A stretch of 64,000 bases of DNA, taken from IMG/VR virus record IMGVR_UViG_3300020411_000002. The stretch is one strand, 5' to 3'. Each line of letters opens with the position of its first letter. Within the stretch, counting starts at the first letter, position 1. Source of the DNA: a virus (taxonomy: Duplodnaviria > Caudoviricetes). Below are positions 15,816 to 25,218 of the stretch, piece by piece. The translations under genes and the position numbers were made by a program. The notes under the pieces were generated by a model that saw only the letters and a program-made list of their open reading frames with translations, ran no database searches and was not told the origin of the DNA.

Positions 15816-16427
15816 CTATATATAATCCACATAAGCGCCATTTCCAGTTTGAGAGCTATATACTCTTGCAACTTGTTCAGCTTGTTTCTTAGTGCCTGGG
15901 TACTGCATAAGCTTAGTACCGTTATGATTATACGCCATGTAACCGGAAGTTCTTTTCACTACGTTTTCTTCTCGCATGAAGTCAAGAGAGTCAAGGTCAT
16001 TAGAATCTGGTTCTCTTTTTCTAGAAATTCTATCAACTCGTTCTCTTCTAATAGAACGAAGAGTTTCAATATCTTTTGGCGGTTGTTTTTTACCTGTAGA
16101 AGAATTTGTCTGATAACCTTTAAGCGGCTTAATAAGCTTCAATGCTGCAATGATTGTAGGAAACTGTTTAGCAACTGACAGCTTTTTAACAGCGCTCTTC
16201 ACGTTAATGCTGGCTTTAGCATTGGCAAACTTTTCTACGCGCTCAGGATCAGCAGATTTTAAGAATCCTAAGAGCGCATCGAGACCTGCAGTATCTACAA
16301 GCTTTTCTTTGCTGTAAGTTTCAAGAATAGGAATTACTTTCTTTGCGCTCTTGCCGAAAAGTATTTCAGCGTTTGCCATTTGTTTTTTAGTAGCAGATTC
16401 GCTACGAATGTTTAAGTTAATTTTCAT
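15816..16427 (-). CDS. Hypothetical basic protein with S-x-S-A leader
   Basis: Starts MKINLNIRSESATKK; AGGA SD. Confidence 0.7.
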   Translation of the reverse strand: MKINLNIRSESATKKQMANAEILFGKSAKKVIPILETYSKEKLVDTAGLDALLGFLKSADPERVEKFANAKASINVKSAVKKLSVAKQFPTIIAALKLIKPLKGYQTNSSTGKKQPPKDIETLRSIRRERVDRISRKREPDSNDLDSLDFMREENVVKRTSGYMAYNHNGTKLMQYPGTKKQAEQVARVYSSQTGNGAYVDYI

Positions 16428-16495
16428 TGTATTTCCTGTTATTCATACACAAGCTTGGCTAAGCCAAAAGCAAGTCTCGCTAGAGAGTTTAAATC

Positions 16496-16930
16496 TTAGG
16501 CAAATTTCTTTAGCTTAGCATTGATTGCTTTCAAATCTCTTTTTGCATCACCGCTAGGTTTGATATCGATAGTCTCATCCCCACCTCGCATTATATTGTA
16601 AGCTACGATAGAGATTAAGTACCCATCAGAGCGAGGAAGAGAATAGTTGGCATCGCGTACATCAGACTTTTCAGGATAGCTAGAAATAGTTACAGAATAA
16701 TTACCTACCGTTTTAGCCAAGTAGTTAGCTTCTTCAAAGTCCCAACCATCCTTTAATAGAGATTGAGTAAGTTCAGGTAATTTACTCACTGGAAGAGAAT
16801 TCCCGGTCGGTCTGTTAGGACTGTACGCTCTGTCGTAAGTATACGTGCCATTATACATTGTACCTCGTGCGTCTTCTGAATAGCCTTTAGAGGTTGCAGA
16901 CATTGATTGTAAATTGATAGTAAGTTGCAT
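16496..16930 (-). CDS. Hypothetical protein with S-x-S-A leader
   Basis: Starts MQLTINLQSMSATSK; AGGA SD. Confidence 0.7.
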   Translation of the reverse strand: MQLTINLQSMSATSKGYSEDARGTMYNGTYTYDRAYSPNRPTGNSLPVSKLPELTQSLLKDGWDFEEANYLAKTVGNYSVTISSYPEKSDVRDANYSLPRSDGYLISIVAYNIMRGGDETIDIKPSGDAKRDLKAINAKLKKFA

Positions 16931-16954
16931 AGATTTATTTCCTACAGTAGAAAC

Positions 16955-16983
16955 AAAAAGAGACCGGATTTAGCCCAGTCTCT
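16955..16983 (-). terminator. Intrinsic terminator
   Basis: AGAGACTGG-GCTAAAT-CCGGTCTCT-TTTTG on the minus strand. Confidence 0.75.
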
Positions 16984-17002
16984 ACTTTTGAGTTGTTGTT
17001 GT

Positions 17003-17449
17003 TTACTTCATTAAAGATACAGCGTATTCTAGTACTTCAATAGAATCTTCGTTAAAAGTTTTTAAAGTACCATCAACAATATCTGCATCACCTAAGAATG
17101 GGCCATCTTGCTCTCGTGTATCTTTAAAAACCACAATAGAAGCAGACTCGTCGATATTTAGTCTATCGAACATGCTAGACGCGTAATGTCTATCTAAGAT
17201 ATAAACATAAGTTCCATCGGTCAGACCGAATGAGTATCCAGTAGAATCTGAATCGTCGGCAAATTCTATAAGAGTAACTTTTTCTGCTAAGCCAAGGTCA
17301 GCAGTGTGCGGTACACTTAAGGACAGTTCGTGGAAAAACTCGTCGATTTGCTCTTCTTCTAAAAGCTCAATCATATCACTGCCCAGGACAGATTGGTGAA
17401 CGTCTAAAAGAGTGTCTGTAGTTTGAAAAGAAGTATTTGTAGCTGTCAT
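17003..17449 (-). CDS. Hypothetical acidic protein
   Basis: ORF track; GAGG SD. Confidence 0.65.
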   Translation of the reverse strand: MTATNTSFQTTDTLLDVHQSVLGSDMIELLEEEQIDEFFHELSLSVPHTADLGLAEKVTLIEFADDSDSTGYSFGLTDGTYVYILDRHYASSMFDRLNIDESASIVVFKDTREQDGPFLGDADIVDGTLKTFNEDSIEVLEYAVSLMK

Positions 17450-17507
17450 AATATTGCCTCTATAGCGTTGGAAAGAACACTAACTATAGCAAAATATGAC
17501 TCAACTA

Positions 17508-17554
17508 TATACTTAAATTTTGTCCCATCTAAAAAATAGTTATACTTAAAATTA
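17508..17554 (-). promoter_or_regulatory. Tandem motif AATTT(T)AAGTATA, candidate promoter pair
   Basis: TATACTTAAATTT at 17508-17520 and TATACTTAAAATTA at 17541-17554 in a 124-nt intergenic gap. Confidence 0.4.
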
Positions 17555-17573
17555 TAATCTAGACCTTAAAATA

Positions 17574-18374
17574 TTAACGCATAATACTCATTACTTGGTC
17601 TGGATTATGGTGATTAGCAACGTAAGCTGGATCTTCTACCGCGCTATTCTCAAACCCTGTAATGTTGTGTAAGTAACGATAGACCAGACGATTGTTTTCT
17701 AAGTATGTAGGTTTATTAACTACAGTGTGAGAACAAACACGGCGTAAGTTTTCTTTATATACCGTATGACCGCAGAACGCACAAGTATAAGCTTGATACC
17801 ACATACCAATGCTGTAAGTATTCAAGTCGTGGGTAAGAATACGATTAGCAAGCACAGGGTCTTTAGTTCTATCGAATGCAAGCAACTGAATGATACGTGC
17901 ATGATTACCTATAAAGTTAGGCATAGATTTCATGTACACATCTAAGATAACACCTTTAGCTTTGGTAATATCTTTGTTGTCGTGTTCTTGGTGAGTAGGT
18001 TTACCTTTCCAAGTTTTATAAGCTAACATTCCCAAGTCTGGACGGAAACGCAATGCTTCGGCAGTAGATAGACAGTCACCATTTGTGTTTGGTATATCTG
18101 TAATAACCGCAGGAACAGGCACCATTACGTAGTCACGCAAGTTAGGACTGATTTGATAATGCTCAGCAGCCATAGGTAGCCAAGCGTTTGCATCGATATC
18201 AATATTATCAGAAGCACCAGTAATACTAGGCTTTAGTGTCACGCGATTAGACTTACCAACATCTTTTAGTTCAGTAGGTTGTGCGGCAATATTTCTTTGA
18301 GAGATATCAAACGAAGAACTCATAAAGCTATTTTCTTCATTTGGTATCATTACGTTTTCTAAATCAATCTTCAT
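17574..18374 (-). CDS. Prohead maturation protease (HK97/T4 gp21-type serine protease)
   Basis: PNTNGD, KP.HQEH (His), YSIG (Ser), ENSAVEDPAY (E.S.V..PA); inserted CAFC...CSH zinc motif. Confidence 0.75.
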   Translation of the reverse strand: MKIDLENVMIPNEENSFMSSSFDISQRNIAAQPTELKDVGKSNRVTLKPSITGASDNIDIDANAWLPMAAEHYQISPNLRDYVMVPVPAVITDIPNTNGDCLSTAEALRFRPDLGMLAYKTWKGKPTHQEHDNKDITKAKGVILDVYMKSMPNFIGNHARIIQLLAFDRTKDPVLANRILTHDLNTYSIGMWYQAYTCAFCGHTVYKENLRRVCSHTVVNKPTYLENNRLVYRYLHNITGFENSAVEDPAYVANHHNPDQVMSIMR

Positions 18375-18377
18375 GAC

Positions 18378-19019
18378 CTACCTCGTAAAACATATATCGT
18401 TAGAGTGAATCGAATAGATTCCTTTGCTTACTTTGTGACTTCTTGCATCACCTACATCAGCATCGGAGCAGTATCTACAATACGCTTTCACAATATGCTC
18501 GTTAGGTTTTTTAATACGCTTTGCTTCGAATACGCTTTGGTAAACAAGGCGTGAGTTGTTTCTACCGTTGTCATCTGCAATGTAGTAGCCGACAACTTCT
18601 TCAAATTCTGGAAGTTGAAGAACAAGCTTTTCCAGTCTAGCAATGAAAGAGCGAATAGGCTGAATGCCGTCCATAGAGAATCTACTTAAAGCAGTGTTAA
18701 CTTTCTTAATAGACTCAGTAATGTTATACAGACCTTTTTCGTCTAACTCACTAGGAAAGCGGATAAGTCCTTTGTACAAGAAGTTTAATTCCGCTGCAAG
18801 AGTTCTAAATGTTTCTTGGTCAACAATATCCATACGGCGTTTGGTATGCGTACCGTCATTGAACTTTTGTTGGGTTTGCTTATCAACAATCTTTATTAAA
18901 GATGCTGTTTTACGAATAGCCCAAGGAAGAATAAAACTATTAGCTAGCTTTCTATATGGGTATTCTCGGTCATTAGTTACGTTTAGCTTTATATTGTCAA
19001 AGCTTGGTAAGTTACTCAT
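18378..19019 (-). CDS. Hypothetical protein
   Basis: ORF track; 4-nt ATGA-type overlap with the upstream gene. Confidence 0.6.
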   Translation of the reverse strand: MSNLPSFDNIKLNVTNDREYPYRKLANSFILPWAIRKTASLIKIVDKQTQQKFNDGTHTKRRMDIVDQETFRTLAAELNFLYKGLIRFPSELDEKGLYNITESIKKVNTALSRFSMDGIQPIRSFIARLEKLVLQLPEFEEVVGYYIADDNGRNNSRLVYQSVFEAKRIKKPNEHIVKAYCRYCSDADVGDARSHKVSKGIYSIHSNDICFTR

Positions 19020-20434
19020 AGGTAATCCTTATTCAAGTTATGCTTTATCCAGAGTTTGCATTCATCATACGTCTGACGTATTGGATTGAATAAAACAACT
19101 CGATTAGATTTTACGATTGTGTAAGGCTTGGTGTCTTGTCTACCAGTATGAAAAGAAGATTCTGAAAACCCTTCATAGAGCTTAGCTTTCCAACTACGGC
19201 GACTCTTACCATTGCCTTCAATTTCAGGGTCAGACTCGATACAGCCAATAATACGATTATCGAACATAACGTCAAAGCGTGTTCGCTCTTTAGAATCTAG
19301 ACGTTTTTGTTTAGGACATACTCGAAAAGAAATACGAGGAGTAACGGCTGAATCAGATTCTAGTCCGTCTATTGTGTCAAGCTCTAAAGGAACTTGTTCT
19401 TCCTCAGGCTCTTCTTCCATTTCTTTCTCTAGCTCTTCCTCAGTAGGCAAAAAGCCCTCTTCAATCATTTCTTGAATGGCTTGAATTTTGGCAATCTTTA
19501 CTGATAGTGCCTCTAAGTCCAAGTCTTTAAACCAATCAGAAAACAAATTAATGAAAGTTTCTAAAGTGTCCTTAACTTCAGGCGGCTCATAGTCTTCGTC
19601 TTCGTCTTCTGGCTCTTCTTCCTCAGAAACCTCGTCAGCCATTTCGTCTATATCATCTTCATTCGATAGAGATACAAACCTTTTGGATGCAAGGGAATCT
19701 AGAAATAATTCAAGCTCTGTTTTGTAGTCGTTAACGCTGGTGGATTTGCGGGCAGCACTTACACTACTTAAACCGTTACCATCCATGTAGCGTTTAATTT
19801 CTTTATAGTTGGTAGGACCCAAGAAAGCACCAAGTACAGTATCGACTAAACGATTGCTGGTCTTAGACAATCCTTTTTGACCTACAATGTTTTCAGTAAT
19901 AGACTTTAGAACTTGCGTAGCTAACTTAGCGCCTTCCATTTCTTCTTTAGGTGCACCTTTAGCTTTGAACTTACCTTGCGCGAAAGTCTTGGTAAATGAT
20001 AGGAAGTTTTTATTTCCTTGGGGCGAGAACTTGTTAGCTACTACGTCTTTGATACGCGGTATGTTACGTCTAAACTTGGAATAGTTTTCTTGTATATCTT
20101 GTTTGACTGAATACTTGTTTTGAAAAACGCGCTCGTCAATAGCTCTGTCCGTAATAGCCTGTTTAGCTCTGGCTCGTCTACTTAACTTAACGGGTTCTTT
20201 TACTTCTGGCTTTGATGGTAGCGCAGGTTTTGCTTGCTTTCTTTCTGCCTTAGGAAGCTGAATTTCTTTACGCTTAGCTTTAGAAGAATTATCCAGTGAT
20301 AGAGTTCCAGCCCTAACACCTTGTGCATACTTGCTCTTTGGATGCGCTTCAATATAAGCTTTGCGAGTAGCTGGCGAAGCTTTCTTCCACCAGCCTGCTT
20401 CTTCGGCAGATAAACTAGTTATGCCATAATCCAT
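19016..20434 (-). CDS. Hypothetical multi-domain protein with leader and internal S-x-S sites
   Basis: Starts MDYGITSLSAEE; WWKKAS...YIEAHPKSK motif; alternating basic and acidic blocks. Confidence 0.7.
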   Translation of the reverse strand: MDYGITSLSAEEAGWWKKASPATRKAYIEAHPKSKYAQGVRAGTLSLDNSSKAKRKEIQLPKAERKQAKPALPSKPEVKEPVKLSRRARAKQAITDRAIDERVFQNKYSVKQDIQENYSKFRRNIPRIKDVVANKFSPQGNKNFLSFTKTFAQGKFKAKGAPKEEMEGAKLATQVLKSITENIVGQKGLSKTSNRLVDTVLGAFLGPTNYKEIKRYMDGNGLSSVSAARKSTSVNDYKTELELFLDSLASKRFVSLSNEDDIDEMADEVSEEEEPEDEDEDYEPPEVKDTLETFINLFSDWFKDLDLEALSVKIAKIQAIQEMIEEGFLPTEEELEKEMEEEPEEEQVPLELDTIDGLESDSAVTPRISFRVCPKQKRLDSKERTRFDVMFDNRIIGCIESDPEIEGNGKSRRSWKAKLYEGFSESSFHTGRQDTKPYTIVKSNRVVLFNPIRQTYDECKLWIKHNLNKDYL

Positions 20435-20436
20435 AA

Positions 20437-20898
20437 TTAACTCAACATTGAAATAACGTTTCGTAAAATTTCAGCTTCGGGTATCTTGTACTTTTCAGAT
20501 ACTTGAGCTAAAGACTGAGTAAGCTTTTCTTTCACTTCATTAGAGGCAAGAGAAAGGTCTTTCTTTCGTTCACGATCTAAAGCTTTGTTCGTATTTTTGA
20601 TAAACGTAGGTGCTAGTGAGTTTAACACTCTTTCTATATCACCGATTTCAAGTTTACCGATATTGTACTCTTCGCGAAAAGCTACTATGTCTCGGTTGTT
20701 GCCTTTGATCATATTCTTAGTAAAAGTAATAATCTCTTCTGGCTTTAGCTTGGAAGTAGCTGTAATTTCAGATATCTCACCTAGAGCCTTCTTTGCGGCA
20801 TGAATGTTTCCATCAATAGCACTTTTTGCAAATTTTATTACATTTTTGATTAGCACACTAGAGCTTGCTAAAGAGGTTAAAGGTACACTTACTTTCAT
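20437..20898 (-). CDS. Hypothetical protein (153 aa)
   Basis: Start revised to ATG 20898 (ATGA overlap with the glycosyltransferase stop); starts MKVSVPLTSLASSS. Confidence 0.65.
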   Translation of the reverse strand: MKVSVPLTSLASSSVLIKNVIKFAKSAIDGNIHAAKKALGEISEITATSKLKPEEIITFTKNMIKGNNRDIVAFREEYNIGKLEIGDIERVLNSLAPTFIKNTNKALDRERKKDLSLASNEVKEKLTQSLAQVSEKYKIPEAEILRNVISMLS

Positions 20899-22019
20899 TT
20901 CGTTTGTCTCTGCATAGAAGCTAGCCAATGTATGTTCTCGGATATACGAACAAGGTCTTCTTGTGGAACATACTGTTTAAATTCCATAATAAGATGTGCG
21001 TAAGATCTGGCAGCACCTTCGTAGTCACCTAGTTCACTACGAGCCTTACCGTTCAAGTCATACGCTTGCCATAGCAATTCGTTGTTCTTGTTATAAATTA
21101 CATTCTTAGACTTGTTGAGGGCTGCTCCCATCATTCTATCAGTCCAGAATAGAATACCTATTGCATCATCTTTGTAGTAATGAGAATAGGCTAAGTACAA
21201 CATTACTTCTATGTGATTTATATCTAAGGCAAGTGCTTTATAAAGAGTAGATTCATTATCTATACCTAACTGCCTTTCTGCAAAAGACCGTAGTATGTAA
21301 GAATCAATCATTTGTGCAGTATCTACCATTTCAGTAAATCTAGACATATCGTGTAGAACCGCATAACACTCTGCAAAATCATCTTTATAGAAAAGTTCGC
21401 GGGCATAATAGTGAGCACATCTTAAATCAGTACCGTTCTTAAAGTACTGGTCACGCAATAGTTCTATATAGTTGCGCGGCTTCTTTGGGTCTGGATGATG
21501 TGTAAACTCAATAGAAGTAAGAGCATATTCTGATTTATCTTTTTCTAACAGTAACTCGTGGCAGGCATATTTCCAATAGAACCCTCTAGCCGAGTGTATC
21601 TTTGACTGAGTGTAAGTTACAGTATCAGAGAACTTCATTGTAGTTTTCAAACAATGAAACTTGCGGTCAATAGGTATATCGTAATCGATAATAGTAGAAG
21701 CAAGAGTTTCATACCACTTATCAGATATACGTTCATCTAAGTCTGCCCACATTAGTAGGTCATATATGCCGAGACTACGCTGCGCTATCTCCATTGCCAT
21801 GTTACGTGCAATGCTAAAATTAAAAGGGCGAATATCTGCTTGATGAACTTCGATTGCAGGAAATTCATCTTTTAATGACTCTGCAAGTTGTACAGAATTA
21901 TCGGTGCTGCCTGTATCAAGCAAAACAATTCTATGTGCGTATGGTACGAACTGCTCCACAAACGGTCTTAGGTTAGCAGCCTCGTTTTTCATTATCGCAT
22001 ATATAGAAATCTTAAACAT
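20895..22019 (-). CDS. Glycosyltransferase family 2 with TPR-like C-terminus
   Basis: IMKNE, IVLLDTGSTD, FNFSIARN, WADLDE (DxD-like), HELL, H.PD..K.RNY..LL, helical Y..ARE repeats. Confidence 0.85.
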   Translation of the reverse strand: MFKISIYAIMKNEAANLRPFVEQFVPYAHRIVLLDTGSTDNSVQLAESLKDEFPAIEVHQADIRPFNFSIARNMAMEIAQRSLGIYDLLMWADLDERISDKWYETLASTIIDYDIPIDRKFHCLKTTMKFSDTVTYTQSKIHSARGFYWKYACHELLLEKDKSEYALTSIEFTHHPDPKKPRNYIELLRDQYFKNGTDLRCAHYYARELFYKDDFAECYAVLHDMSRFTEMVDTAQMIDSYILRSFAERQLGIDNESTLYKALALDINHIEVMLYLAYSHYYKDDAIGILFWTDRMMGAALNKSKNVIYNKNNELLWQAYDLNGKARSELGDYEGAARSYAHLIMEFKQYVPQEDLVRISENIHWLASMQRQTK

Positions 22020-22995
22020 TATTTATCTCTCTTATATTTCCGCTTTCCCACCACTTATCGCCGTAGTCAGCCGTTATTTCAAAAGTGTATTCATCGTACT
22101 TACTATAATCAAGACCTATATTCACATCATAGTAATACGGTACTCCATTACGATATCCGCCGAAATATCTACGAGTTCTGTGGTTGAAATAATTCTTCTG
22201 TACAAGAACTAAAGTATATGGACGTTTAGTAGGTCTGTACGGTACATCTGAGTCTCCATCAAAACCCATTAAGTCAGCATCAGACTCTATATCAAAGTCA
22301 TAATACTTATTGGCTCTATCTATCATTCTAGGATAATGACCCGTAGTATAATTAGACTCGTACTGGGTTTTGTATAATAACTTATCGCGAGAATAGACTC
22401 GGTTCTTTCCGCTAGAATCGTCTACGTATTTGAAGTCTTTCCAATACCAAGCAAAATGAGTAAACAGAGGAGTTGGTTCAGATGCAGGTTGGTAGGTAGT
22501 TAAGTCTACGCTGTACTTTCCATCTTCTCTACGTAAGTCTGTGAACTGAGAACCGTACCAACGAATAACTTCAATAGAAATTTGAGCCATTAAGCTTCGC
22601 TGAGTACCATTGGATAATACATACGTGAAACAGTCGGGACCTAAATAGCCTGAACGGGAGGTATAAATGAGAGAAGGCCCGCCAGTATCTATACTGACGA
22701 ACCCTTTAGATGGAGGTTCAGCTACTATTGGATTTAATCTCCACCCGCGCTGAACGGGAATTTTACTTAACACTTCTGGATCTGGACTTGTGAATGTCTC
22801 TGGATCACGCGCACCTTGCAAACTCCAATCTCTAAGATTAATTTCAAGAGGCTGCCCTGTACGAGCGACAACCTCTAAGTCTGGTGCGTAAGGAACGTAG
22901 TTTCTCCAATATTCAAGAGAAAGCATTTTTCCATACATCATGGTAGAATTCCTTATAGGTATTTGCCTACATATACTTTCTTCTAAATTGTTCAA
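22012..22995 (-). CDS. Virion structural protein with bacterial Ig/cadherin-like domain (start uncertain)
   Basis: PPSKGFV...LIYT.RSGYLGPDCFTYVLSNG...A.ISIEV is a Big_9-like pattern. Confidence 0.55.
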   Translation of the reverse strand: MNNLEESICRQIPIRNSTMMYGKMLSLEYWRNYVPYAPDLEVVARTGQPLEINLRDWSLQGARDPETFTSPDPEVLSKIPVQRGWRLNPIVAEPPSKGFVSIDTGGPSLIYTSRSGYLGPDCFTYVLSNGTQRSLMAQISIEVIRWYGSQFTDLRREDGKYSVDLTTYQPASEPTPLFTHFAWYWKDFKYVDDSSGKNRVYSRDKLLYKTQYESNYTTGHYPRMIDRANKYYDFDIESDADLMGFDGDSDVPYRPTKRPYTLVLVQKNYFNHRTRRYFGGYRNGVPYYYDVNIGLDYSKYDEYTFEITADYGDKWWESGNIREINNV

Positions 22996-24988
22996 GAGTT
23001 AGAATAGGAATATTTCTTTCTTCTGCTAAATCTACTTTTGAACTAGTGTAAGATTCATCTTTGATGATAAGCATAGTTGTATCGGCTTTCATGTTTTGAA
23101 CAGTACCACCTTGCTGAGTAATCCACGCTTGAACCTCTTTATCTCTAGCACCGGTCAAAGTTATCTTTTCACCGTCTAGTAGGTCACCAACCGCTTCTTC
23201 TTTTTGAGGTAGTTCTAAGTCTACACTTAAATTATCAGCAAGCTTGAATATCTTAGGTAAAGCTACTGCAAAGTTTCTAGCTATTTGCTTGAAGCCGTGA
23301 AGAGCCTGCACTTTATCTACAATATATTGTGTAGACTCGTCTTCCCACTCAAACACTTCTTCGCCGTAAGCATCTACAATCTTTTGCACACGCTCTAAAC
23401 TAAAGTTGTCTATGTATCCAGAAGCTACTGCAAAGTTTACAAAGTTAGGTGCATTAAGGCATTTGTCTACTTCTGAGATAAGCTTCTTAATAGTTTGAGT
23501 ACCAAAGCTTTCAACGCCTTCCAAGTCTTTAACTCGAATGCGCTTAATCTTTAGAGGTGAAGTATAGCCAAGGTCATATAGCTTTTTGAATGTACTTTCT
23601 TTAAAGCCGTCCATACCTAGTGCAACAAAGAAGTGTGTCAGTCGCTTAACTCTAGATGTACTGCTTTGTGCAGACTTACCAGCGTATACAGCGTGAACAC
23701 CTTTCTCTTTGTATTCGTATGGAGGCTCAGCAGGTTTTCGAGAAGCTTTAACTACTTCAACAATATATGGAATAACGCCGCCAGAACGAACTACTTTAAT
23801 CTTCGCACCTACGTTAATAGGCTTAACTTGAAGTCCAAGCTTTGCATCACTCTTTTTAAATCCATTGCGAATGTAAAACAAAGAATGCGCTAAGAAGTTT
23901 GAAACAGTAACACCGCCAAGTCTTATAGGGTCTATTGAGATAGTTGGTATGATAGTTTTGTTTCTAGATATCTCCCAATCAACAGACTTAACAGAAACTA
24001 TCTGCATTGCCGATTCACTATTCTCTTTAAAAGCAACTGCATGTTTGGCATTTGTTCTTTGAGGTGTGTACGGTATATCTTTAGCTACAATGATTCCATC
24101 AATCTCGTATTCGCTTTGATTAATTCGAACATCATAGATTTGACTTAGTGAGTTGCTTGGGTCATCTGCTTCAAAGTTGTCAGACGTAACGCTCCAAACG
24201 GTTTTGAACTTTAAGCGCTTTAGAAGCTGTAACTGTTTAGAGATAGGTCCACCTGCTGTTCGACCCTCTTGTATCTCGTAACAAACAACGTCTACATCTT
24301 TCATGTGTCGTTGGTATTGCTTAAAGTCTTTTGAGCTAGACATTTTGTTAAGGATACCACCTGCCATATTACGTGCAGCTTTAAAAGTTCCCTTGCTGTT
24401 TTTAGTAGAGTCGTGCTTTGCATCAAACGTAGATGTTTTAACAATAGCTTCTGACCTAACTATGAAACGTGTCTTGATAGGAATCTTTTTAGGTATTCTT
24501 AGATAAGGAATCCAATGTGATATGTCTTGACCTACAGCACCGTCACCACGCGTAGCAGCTTGAACACAAACACCTTTATCGTACACTAGCTGTAGACTTA
24601 TTCCGTCAAGCTTATCCATTATTGTGTAAGACTGTTTGGGGTCTATAAACCTAGTTAGCGCTTTTGTGTTTGGTTTTATCTTGCTCATACTAGGCATGAA
24701 CACTGGAAGTTTTACTTCGATTCTTCCTTTTGGTACAGGTGCGCCAACGGTTTTCCAAATAGCGTTACGTGGATTATTTGTTTTAACAATTTCTTCTACT
24801 TCATCGTAGTGACTGTCAGGCAATAGCTCTTTCTTGTTCGTATAGTATTCACGTAGAACCTTTATCGCCGCAATCTGAACAGTCTTTGGATACTCTTCAA
24901 TAGAGCTTGGGTCTGCTAGAGCATTGAGTATAGCTTTCTTAACTCTGCTATCTATTTTAGCTCTTGAAATTCTTAACTTATAGTTCAT
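22967..24988 (-). CDS. ligA: NAD+-dependent DNA ligase
   Basis: Domain Ia YY...PDSHYD, DKLDG adenylation motif, ATRGDG..G.DI, EIDGII, VVRSGGVIP, C-terminal BRCT. Confidence 0.95.
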   Translation of the reverse strand: MNYKLRISRAKIDSRVKKAILNALADPSSIEEYPKTVQIAAIKVLREYYTNKKELLPDSHYDEVEEIVKTNNPRNAIWKTVGAPVPKGRIEVKLPVFMPSMSKIKPNTKALTRFIDPKQSYTIMDKLDGISLQLVYDKGVCVQAATRGDGAVGQDISHWIPYLRIPKKIPIKTRFIVRSEAIVKTSTFDAKHDSTKNSKGTFKAARNMAGGILNKMSSSKDFKQYQRHMKDVDVVCYEIQEGRTAGGPISKQLQLLKRLKFKTVWSVTSDNFEADDPSNSLSQIYDVRINQSEYEIDGIIVAKDIPYTPQRTNAKHAVAFKENSESAMQIVSVKSVDWEISRNKTIIPTISIDPIRLGGVTVSNFLAHSLFYIRNGFKKSDAKLGLQVKPINVGAKIKVVRSGGVIPYIVEVVKASRKPAEPPYEYKEKGVHAVYAGKSAQSSTSRVKRLTHFFVALGMDGFKESTFKKLYDLGYTSPLKIKRIRVKDLEGVESFGTQTIKKLISEVDKCLNAPNFVNFAVASGYIDNFSLERVQKIVDAYGEEVFEWEDESTQYIVDKVQALHGFKQIARNFAVALPKIFKLADNLSVDLELPQKEEAVGDLLDGEKITLTGARDKEVQAWITQQGGTVQNMKADTTMLIIKDESYTSSKVDLAEERNIPILTLEQFRRKYM

Positions 24989-25014
24989 TAGAAACCTTAA
25001 TGCCTATTTCAACT

Positions 25015-25218
25015 TTAGGTCTTTTCTCTGTTAGCGCAGACCGGTGTACCAGATTTTCTGTTAGTGTTATTGGTTTGAAACTCATGTGATTCCTCTACGC
25101 GTATCAAATCGTCTATACCGTAAAAGCCTACAATAAATGCAGGCTTAACGTCTTTTGCTTTTTTATATCCGCCTTTACCATCATGAATAACAGCATCGCC
25201 GGGTCGTATTCTATCCAC
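25015..25218 (-). CDS. Small protein, possibly a degenerate mini Hint-like domain
   Basis: GAGGA SD before GTG; similarity to intein blocks A, F and G by eye only. Confidence 0.5.
   Translation of the reverse strand: MDRIRPGDAVIHDGKGGYKKAKDVKPAFIVGFYGIDDLIRVEESHEFQTNNTNRKSGTPVCANREKT

Noticed and set aside
16455-16467. Inverted repeat TTGGC-TAA-GCCAA in an intergenic gap
   Set aside because: Only a 5-bp arm, single copy, no U-tract; too weak to call an operator or terminator.
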